A DNA stretch of 64,000 nt from Podarcis erhardii (taxonomy: Eukaryota): NCBI GenBank assembly GCA_964252035.1, contig OZ176200.1, one strand, 5' to 3'. Position numbers and translations under genes: made by a program. The notes beneath the pieces were generated by a model, which made no database searches, was not told where the DNA came from, and saw nothing but the letters and a program-made list of their open reading frames with translations. Positions within the stretch are counted from its first letter, which is position 1. Every line of letters begins with the position of its first letter. Of this stretch, positions 41,680 through 50,086 are shown piece by piece.

Positions 41680-41895
41680 TCTGAGCTGGTCCTGACTGAC
41701 CAGGAAAGAGATCTTGAAGTTGTGGTGGGTATCTCAGTTAAAATGTTGACCTAGTGTGCAGCAGCTGTGAAAAAAAGGCAAATAAAATTCCAAGCTAAAG
41801 ATCCTGAAGAAAATAATACTGCCAATGTCATCATGTCATTATGCAAAACCATGGTTACCTCACTTCAAAAAGGATATTGTAGAGCTGAGAGAGGT
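41680..41895 (+). mobile_element. CR1 LINE fragment (upstream part of the element split by the Copia insertion)
   Basis: gtgtgcagcagctgtgaaaaaaaggcaaat...cctcacttcaaaaaggatattgtagagctg matches CR1 RT sequence that resumes at ~44243. Confidence 0.7.
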
Positions 41896-43508
41896 GAAGT
41901 AACTGTGTAACTTATCCCTCTTTTGTGAAAGAACTGCTGCAAAGCAGAACCAGTGTACCTAGCATTTCTGTCACTGACGATTGCTTTCACCTTGGTGGAG
42001 AACCTTAGTTCCACCCCCTCAATCCAGCTCCTGATCAGCTGTGCTGCATCCTCCCTGGATTTGAGACCGTGGGTCCAGGTGTTCTGCGAAAAATCATCCT
42101 GAAACCTTAGCAGATACCTGGCCCCCCCTAGACTCTGTTCCCTGACAGGATTGAACAGATCTATGTGTACCAGCTGAAAAGGTTTAGTGGTTACCCGTTC
42201 CACCTTTGGGTAACTGCACCCTTGCACCTTTGCTTGTCTGCAAGTGGCGCAACTAATGGCACGTCCACAATCTCTAATTTTACACCCTCTGGTAACCTCA
42301 GGAAGCACTTGCAGTTCTTCTAGAGAACCATGAAAAGTCCTCTGATGCCATGCACAAGCACATTGAACATGAGTGGGAACTGTAGCACGCTGCGCCTGCG
42401 CTCTCTCAACCTTCCCCTCACCCCCAAGAGACATTTTAAGAATGAAAAGATCATTCTGCCCCTTCTTAACCTTGGCAAGTACTCTCTCCCCTTTGGAGAT
42501 TGTGCAGACATCATCCTGGAAACAAACCTGAAACCCTTTTTTCAACAAATAAGGCACAGATAACAAACAGTGATGCACCTCTGGGACAATACAAAAATCC
42601 ATCTGTTCCTGCAAAACAGAAAGATAAACATTAGCAAACTTAACAGTCTGTCCCTGTCCTTTTGGAACTGCCGTGCAATTCCACATCTCGACTGCAGGGG
42701 TCTCTGGAACCATGTTGCGGTTAGCTGCAGAGTCAATAACAAGATTCAGCTCCACACGGCTGTCTTCAAACAAAGCCATGCTAGCAGTTACTTGATAAGA
42801 CTCTTCCTGTTGTTTACCACGACGTCCACCTGCACGTCCGCCGGACACAATCCCACGCCTGCCTGCCTTTGCAGGCTTGTTGCCATGGAAACCCGCCTGA
42901 TTCCCATGAGAAGTGTCCTTCACAACATCCTGCCTCGGCTCTGTGCTCCGGTGGGGGCAACTGCCACGCAGACGTTGAACTCCAGTGGAAAAACACTGCC
43001 CAGGGCTCCTCCCAGCTGGCCTGGCCTTCCTTCTCCTGGAACGGCGCCTCCCACCAGCCTCGCCCCTTCTGAAGCTGCTCTCCGCTTCAGTACTTCCTGT
43101 GGAAAGTTTCTTAAACTTGCCTTTGGAACTCTTCGCCCCCCCGATCTGCTCACCAGCGCTCCTAGAGGCCGATACATCGGGAAATGGGCCTGCCAGTCCA
43201 GCGTCTCCAGGGCTCTGGCCTTCTGCTGAAGCTTCACACAAGCCCTTCAGCAACTCCCAGGCAGCCCTTGCTGACTGTACACCCTCCAAATGAGGCTTCA
43301 GCGATGCATGAATGCATGCTCTGAGCATATTCAGCTCTTGTTGCAATTTCTGCTGACTATCGTCCCAGCTAAGGGGTGGTGCTTTTGGTTCCCTCTGGCT
43401 TGCTTCCCAAAGCCCATGGACCAGGAACCAGCCCCTTATTCTTCTGCTCCAGGTTGCCCAACTTTTTAAAGTGAGCTTTTCCACCGGAATATCCTGGCTC
43501 TCTGCCAT
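41865..43508 (-). CDS. Ty1/Copia-derived 547-aa protein: partial Gag, degenerate protease, HHCC, truncated integrase core
   Basis: ATG at 43508 in AAAATGG context (the ORF track starts at an upstream TTG). Motifs: KL..W..WSRR...L..GLW and AWELLK (Copia Gag N-terminus); VIDSAANRNM and VPE...LLSV..L...G..V.F (Copia PR); WHQRTFH...CATC (HHCC); LVHIDL, GGARY, DDFS, SDR (rve core). Domain order PR-IN is diagnostic of Copia. Confidence 0.75.
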   Translation of the reverse strand: MAESQDIPVEKLTLKSWATWSRRIRGWFLVHGLWEASQREPKAPPLSWDDSQQKLQQELNMLRACIHASLKPHLEGVQSARAAWELLKGLCEASAEGQSPGDAGLAGPFPDVSASRSAGEQIGGAKSSKGKFKKLSTGSTEAESSFRRGEAGGRRRSRRRKARPAGRSPGQCFSTGVQRLRGSCPHRSTEPRQDVVKDTSHGNQAGFHGNKPAKAGRRGIVSGGRAGGRRGKQQEESYQVTASMALFEDSRVELNLVIDSAANRNMVPETPAVEMWNCTAVPKGQGQTVKFANVYLSVLQEQMDFCIVPEVHHCLLSVPYLLKKGFQVCFQDDVCTISKGERVLAKVKKGQNDLFILKMSLGGEGKVERAQAQRATVPTHVQCACAWHQRTFHGSLEELQVLPEVTRGCKIRDCGRAISCATCRQAKVQGCSYPKVERVTTKPFQLVHIDLFNPVREQSLGGARYLLRFQDDFSQNTWTHGLKSREDAAQLIRSWIEGVELRFSTKVKAIVSDRNARYTGSALQQFFHKRGISYTVTSPLSALQYPF

Positions 43509-43812
43509 TTTCTCCCGTTCTCCCAAGGTGCCCCACAAGCTGTACTTACTCAGTACCAGCTGATTCCGGCTCCTGTACGTGGAGAAACGGCCCAGCTGCT
43601 CCGGCTCACCCTTCCGTGGAGGAACGATTTCAGCTGCTCCCAGCGTTTAGCTCTGTCTCTCAGCAGCTCTCTTGCCTCTCAGAAGCAGGCAAAAATGCCC
43701 TCTGCTTCCCGGCATCAGGCTAGACTCACGGAATGCAGCTTCCAACCTCCGGCTAGCTTCAAAGCATTCCAGTAGCTCAAAGCCGACTGCTTTTACGAGC
43801 GTTGACTGACCT

Positions 43813-43820
43813 CCATAACC
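43813..43820 (-). promoter_or_regulatory. Decayed copia-type primer-binding site
   Basis: Minus strand ...TCTCAACA|GGTTATGGAGGTCAG; first 8 nt equal the copia PBS GGTTATGGGCCCAG and directly abut the LTR end. Confidence 0.75.
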
Positions 43821-44242
43821 TGTTGAGATAACGATCTTTGGAGCTTGATCGTTGAGCCGTGGCCACTGATTAGTTTACGATCTCAATCAGCCTTTGCAGC
43901 GTCCAGCACACTTCCTTCCGTGCTGCGCAATAAATTCTGCTGTCTCTTTAGTCACGGCTTCGCAGAGTAGCATACAGCGGTGTAAAGCAGTCTTTTTCTC
44001 CTTTTCCCCAAGCAAGCATACACAGACAGGTTTGTCTATTTACAGCTCTTTATTGGAACATTTCAGCCCATCTAAGACCGGGGCTTCTTTCAGCCATGGT
44101 AAAACATGTCCGTCTCTCTCAAGACACACAGAGAGAACAAAAAGTACAGTCTCCTCCCAGACTCCTCCCAGCTTCTACAGCTGACGTCAGAAAGTGACGC
44201 ACACCTCAGAACACTTAACCAGTTAAGTTCTGAACTCTCACA
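43821..44242 (-). mobile_element. 5' LTR of the Copia-derived element (422 bp)
   Basis: Minus-strand termini TGTGAGA...TCTCAACA, PBS directly downstream, AATAAA at 44054-44049, CRE palindrome at 44182-44189; CR1 sequence resumes immediately outside. Confidence 0.75.
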
Positions 44243-44800
44243 GAAGAGGGCAATCAAAATGATCCAAGTGGATGGAACAATGCCCAATGATGAAAGGCTG
44301 CAGCATTTGGGGCGAGTTAGTTTAGAAAGAGAGATTGGTAGGGCTACTGTACATGGCAGAAGTGTATAAAATTATGTAGGGTGTGAAGAAAAGGGTTAGA
44401 AAGACCTTTCCCTCTCTCGCTCCTAATACTAGAATCTAGGGTTATCCAACAATGCTGAGAAATTAAAGATTCAGGATGCTCTTCAAGCAACACACAGTTA
44501 AACCATGGAATTTGTTCTCACATGATGTAGGGATGGCCCCAAACTTGGATGGCTTTAAAGAAGGTTAGACAAATTTGTGGTGGACAAGGCTTTCAATGGT
44601 TACTAGCCATGATGGCTTTGTACTATAGTATGGGAAGCAGTATGCCTCCCGATAGCAGTTGGTGGGAATCCCAAGTGGGGAGAGGGCTGTTGCAATTGGG
44701 TCCCACTTATGGGCATCCCAGAGGCATCCAGCTGGCTAGTGTGGGAACAGGGTGCTGGACTAGATTATCTTTGACCTGATCCAGCAGAGCTGCTCTTACA
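44243..44800 (+). mobile_element. CR1 LINE 3' end
   Basis: gaagagggcaatcaaaatgat...ttggatggctttaaagaaggttagacaaattt...tactagccatgatggc...ctggactagat...ctgatccagcag, a diverged CR1 3' region. Confidence 0.8.
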
Positions 44801-46094
44801 TTTATATTCCAATAACTTGGTGTGTTTGTTGCTGGAGTAGTGGGGCTTGATATGTATGTCTGCCTGAAGTTGCTTTGGTTTCTTATGGCTTTATTTCTCT
44901 ATCTTCCTAAAGCAACTTGTGTTCCATGGCATCATCATGTTATTTTGAAACAACACGGGAAGAAGCAAGGTAAGTCTCTTTGTTAGATGCTTTGACATTC
45001 AGCAGCATGTTATGAAAAGTATTAATCAGTTCTTGAGATAAATCCAATGAAAACAATGAAATATTTAGTGCATATGACACTCAACAAATTAATGCTGAGG
45101 GAAATCAGCTTGACTCTCATTGACTCCTCCTTTGCTGCAGATGAATTTATGAAGCCTCATTCACAATGTTAATATCCAAGAGGCCCCAAGGCTAGGTTGC
45201 AACCAAAAACACATAGCTTGTTTCTAGACCTAGTGTAGCATTTCTTATCTTCTGGACTTCATAAAAAAGTAACACACACACACAGGTATGGTAAGCTGAT
45301 AAATTTGTAAATAAAAGCAAAGAATCTCACAAGTGCTACAATTGGGTCTCTAGTGCAGGGATGAGGGAGGGGTGGAACAGAGAGCATTTTGAAGAATAAA
45401 AAGCCCTGCATTGAGCCCATGGGATTGAGAGAGATATAAATAAAGTTCTAATAATAAATACACCTCACCCTGGGACTGAAAATATTCAAGGAAGAGTGGG
45501 CTATAAATACTGTGAATAAATAATAGTTGTGGTTGGCACCACTCATGAGAGGCATATTATACAATGACCACAATTCATTATTGCATTATTAAGTATTTTT
45601 AAGTCCACTGAAATCAATGGGCTTCAGTGAGTTTAATTTATGTTGGAATAAGGCCAAAGTGCATTCATTTGGAAGGGCACCACTTAGCTGTTCCCTGGCC
45701 CTGTGCTGCTTATCTCATGTGGTTATTTCTCAAGAGCGTCTTATCTCTGGCTTCATGTGGTTTAAAAATTACTTCAGCTAGCTGATCAATTCTTTGCATG
45801 TTTATTTATGTGTATAGGACTGCAGCTTAATACGCCAATAATAAGCAGGATTTTGTTTTTGTTTTGCCTTGTCTGCTTTGCAGTTTAAACTTGACTATAT
45901 ATACAAGAACAGGCCTTTGGACTTTGCTGTGAATCTTGGCTCCTATCCCCCTGAAATTTCTTGCTGTCGTCGTTGAAACCTGAAGTAGCACTCCTCAGTA
46001 TGTGTTGCTAAATCCAAAATATTTTTTTCATACCTTTAGTTTTTAATCGTTTTTCCAACCAGCAGTTCAAGACCATTTAAATACAGTGACCATA

Positions 46095-46402
46095 TCTTTT
46101 TAAATATTTTTTTTATTAGTTTTCACACATATTTTCCAGCATAACATCCTTTTAAACATTGTTTCAAAATTTTTGGCTATCACAGCCTGAGACTTCCTTC
46201 AACCTCGACTGGTGGTTTTCTAAAGTATTTCTAATTATGCATTCTGTTACTATAGTTATTGCTATAAACTCAAATTTCCAATACATCTATTCTTAATTCT
46301 CTTCACAATAATTTATAATTTACTCCTTACAAAACTTCTTTTAACCCTACAAGTGATGTCAATTGATTACAATTGCTTTCCAGATATGTCAAAAACTTTT
46401 TC
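46095..46402 (-). mobile_element. Older L1-clade LINE (copy A), 3' part
   Basis: ORF2 end KFLTYLESNCNQLTSLVGLKEVL* plus T-rich tail; continues at 48972-49085 (QEKLMNYAEMARQTGKIRNQQDQTFIKGWK). Confidence 0.65.
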
Positions 46403-48977
46403 TTTTTTTTTTTTATAATAATTTTTATTGATTTTACAACATAAAGAAAAAACAAAACAAACATAATGCGACTTCCCCAAACCTCCCCTTCACTGCATCC
46501 AAATTTCAAAATTTTTAGCAATTCTTCATCCCATTTTTATATTTAATTCTCTTTAAGAAGAGTTTCTGCTTTATAAATTTCGATTTATAGCTGTAATTCT
46601 TAGTGTCCAATCCCCTGACATCTTAACATTCCGAAATTTTACAACAATTTTTAAGATAGATTTTAAATTTTTTCCAGTCCTCCTCCACTGTCTCTTTCTT
46701 CTGGTCACGGATTCTGCCGGTCATCTCTGCCAGTCCCATAAATTCAGTCACCTTGGTCTGCCATTCTTCCAGAGTAGGTAATTCTTTAGTCTTCCAATAC
46801 TTCGCCAAAAGGATTCTTGCTGCTGTTGTTGCGTACATAAAAAAGGTCCTATCTTTCTTTGGTACCAATTGGCCGACCATGCCCAAGAGAAAAGCCTCCG
46901 GTTTCTTTACAAATGTCCACTTAAGGATTTTCTTAATTTCATTATAGATCATTTCCCAGTAGGCCTTAATCTTTGGGCAGGTCCACCAAAGGTGATAAAA
47001 AGTTCCTTCACATTCATTACACTTCCAGCAATTGTTATTGGGCAAATGATATATCTTTGCAAGCTTGACTGGGGTCATGTACCACCTATAGATCATTTTC
47101 ATTATGTTCTCTTTCAGGGCACTACATGCCGTAAATTTAATACCTGTGGTCCATAGCTGCTCCCAGTCAGCAAACATAATATCATGACCAATATCTTGTG
47201 CCCACTTAATCATGGCTGATTTAACCGTTTCATCTTGTGTGTTCCATTTTAGCAGCAGATTATACATTCTAGACAAATTCTTAGTATTGGGTTCTAGCAA
47301 TTCTGTTTCTAACTTTGACCTCTCCTTCTGAAATCCTAGTTTTCTGTCCTGCTTAAAAGTTTCATTAATCTGGTAATAATGTAACCAATCTCGGACTTTA
47401 GGTTTCAATTTCTCAAAACTCTGTAGTTTCAACTTTTCACCATCATATTCTATAATTTCACAGTATTTTGGCCAGTCTGTATCCATGTTCAATCTTTTTA
47501 CCGCCTTAGCTTCCATTGGTGACAGCCACCTGGGGGTTTTACTTTCAAACAAATCTTTATATCGATTCCATACATTATACAATGCTTTCCTAATAATATG
47601 ATTTTTAAAATTTCTGTGTACCTTTACCTTGTCATACCATAAATATGCATGCCAACCAAAACTATTATCATAACCTTCCAAGTCCAGAATATCTGTATTC
47701 TCAAGAAGTAGCCATGGTTTCAGCCAGCAAAAAGCTGCTGCTTCATAGTAAAGTTTTAAGTCCGGCAGGGCAAAGCCCCCTCTATCCTTTGCATCAGTCA
47801 AAATCTTAAATTTAATTCTGGGTTTTTTGCCCTGCCAGACAAATTTAGATATATCTTTCTGCCACTTCTTGAAACAGTCCATCTTATCTAAAATTTGCAA
47901 TGTCTGGAACAAAAACAACAATCTCGGCAATACATTCATCTTAATTACAGCAATTCGGCCTAACAAGGAAAGTCTCAATCTTGACCATATATCGAAATCT
48001 TTCTTCACTTCAGCCCAGCATTTCTCATAATTATCTTTAAATAGATTCACATTCTTAGATGTTAAGTTCACCCCCAGATATTTTACCTTTTTAGTAATTT
48101 CCAAACCCGTTTCTCTTTGAAAACTATCTTTTTCCCCCACCGTGAGATTTTTTTCCAACACCTTTGTCTTGTGTTTATTCAATTTAAAACCTGCTACCTG
48201 ACCAAATATTTCAATAAGTTCCAAAACTCTTTTTGTGCTAGTTTCTGGCTGTTGTAGTGTCAAAACTAGGTCATCTGCAAATGCTCTTAGCTTATAATGT
48301 TTAGTTCCGACCTGTATACCTTTAACCAGCTGGTCTCTTCTAATCATGTTAAGGAAAACCTCCAGTACCGATATAAACAATAGAGGGGAAATTGGGCATC
48401 CCTGTCGTGTCCCTTTCTCTATTGGAATTTCATCCATAACCATACCATTTACAATAAGTTTGGCCTTTTGCTCAGAATAAATTGCACTTATACCATTTTC
48501 AAAGTTCTTGCCTACCCCCATTCCTTGGAGATTCCTCTTCATAAAACTCCAACAAATATTGTCAAAGGCTTTCTCTGCATCCACAAAAATCAAAACAGCT
48601 TTTCTATTTATGTCAGTTTCCAAAAGTTCTAGAATATCTATAATATTCCTCACATTGTCTGACAAATGCCTGCCTGGTAGAAAGCCTGTTTGGTCCCTGT
48701 GAATCTCCTCTAACAGCACTTTTTTGAATCTTTTTGCTAGAATGTCTGCAAAAATTTTATAATCCACGTTCAAAAGTGATATAGGGCGGTAATTCTTGAC
48801 TTGATGTTTCTCAGTTTCTGTCTTTGGTATAAGTGAGATGAATGCTTCCTTCCACGATTCGGGAGCCTTTTTCCCCTCCAAAACTTGGTTGCAGACTTCT
48901 TTCAATGGTTGTATTAACCAATCCTTCAATACTTTATAATATCTCGCAGTTAATCCATCTGGCCCTGGTGATTTTCC
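46403..48977 (-). mobile_element. Young L1-clade LINE (copy B), 5'-truncated, nested in copy A
   Basis: Poly(T) at 46403-46414, 3' UTR, then an uninterrupted ORF2 fragment. Confidence 0.9.
46623..48977 (-). pseudogene. L1 ORF2 fragment (reverse transcriptase plus C-terminal Cys/His domain), endonuclease missing
   Basis: GKSPGPDG, NYRPISLLNVDYKIF, DAEKAFD, GTRQGCPISPLLF, AFADD, KYLGV, CWKC...GTFYHLWWTC; open for 785 codons. Confidence 0.9.
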
Positions 48978-49236
48978 ATCCCTTTATGAAAGTCTGGTCC
49001 TGCTGGTTCCGAATTTTCCCTGTTTGTCTTGCCATCTCGGCATAGTTCATCAATTTCTCTTGCCGCTTACAGTGGCCATATCTTAGCTGCCTTTTGGTTA
49101 ACACAACTAAGGTGTTATTCATCATAGGCTAGTAGAACAAGTGAAATCTACAGCAAATGTTACATTGTGCTCCTGTTCAGTGTTCCAGCCATCAACTACA
49201 TCCTCTTCCAGGATATCCCATTCAATCTCCCGCTGC

Positions 49237-49425
49237 CAGTGGCGTAGCGTGGGGGGTGCGGGGGGGCCGGCCGCACCGGGCGCAACATCTGGGGGTTAGG
49301 GTTAGGGGGCGCAAATCCACGGGTTAGGGGGCGCAAATCCATGGGTTAGGGGGCGCAAATCCACGGGTTGGGGGCGCAAATTACTTGCCTTGCCCCGGGT
49401 GCTGACAACCCACGCTACGCCACTG
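49237..49425. mobile_element. hAT MITE (189 bp) with internal 22-bp tandem repeat
   Basis: Perfect 17-bp TIRs CAGTGGCGTAGCGTGGG / CCCACGCTACGCCACTG; perfect 8-bp TSD CCCGCTGC at 49229 and 49426. Confidence 0.95.
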
Positions 49426-49861
49426 CCCGCTGCCCTCTTTTATGGACAGGATTCAGTTAATGAGTCCCATCAACAGAAGCCATTGTGCAAGAATGTGCGT
49501 GTACAGCAAGGCTTTTCCATCCTCTCTTCCTCCTGTGCTCCCCACAGCCCCCCAATTGCCTATGGGGTGGAAGATGTGCTGGGACAGCACATGGGTGGGG
49601 GGAGGAGAGGGGAATCATTTTACTTGGCAAATCAAAATGCTCGCCCTGGTGGAACAGTGTTATTCCTTTGTGTGTTCCCCTCACTTTCAAACAGTCCGAA
49701 AATATTTTGTGGCCATTGTAAATGCTGAGTCTTCAATTGGTTCTGTGTAGATTTTTTTTATGCCCTCAAATATTTTTTGTACTTCTGCAAACCTTAAGAT
49801 TTTCTCTTCCCCAAAGCCTACTGATGCCACCACCCTTGTAGGTAGATTTTTGCTATTTTGA

Positions 49862-50086
49862 CAGTGTGGTGTAGTGGTTAAGAGCAGTGGACTCGTAATC
49901 TGGTGAACTGGGTTCACTTCCCCGCTCCTCCACATGCAGCTGCTTGAGCTAGTCACACTTCTCTGAAGTCTCTCAGCCTCTCTCACCTCAAAGAGTGTTT
50001 GTTGTGGGGAAGGAAGGGAAAAGGAGATGATTAGCCACTTTGAGACTCCTTAGGGTAGTGATATCAAATCCAAACTTTTCTTCTTC
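49862..50086 (+). mobile_element. tRNA-derived SINE (Squam3-like)
   Basis: Homologous to the 20049 copy with small deletions. Confidence 0.85.

Noticed and set aside
42570-43229. 219-aa plus-strand ORF
   Set aside because: Antisense shadow of the GC-rich Copia ORF with no recognisable motif.
41865-44242. Active autonomous Copia retrotransposon
   Set aside because: No RT/RNaseH, no 3' LTR, integrase lacks the catalytic Glu, and the PBS and zinc knuckle are degenerate.
46623-48929. Host reverse-transcriptase gene or full-length L1
   Set aside because: 5'-truncated (no ORF1, endonuclease or promoter) with a poly(A) tail; an ordinary retroposed fragment.
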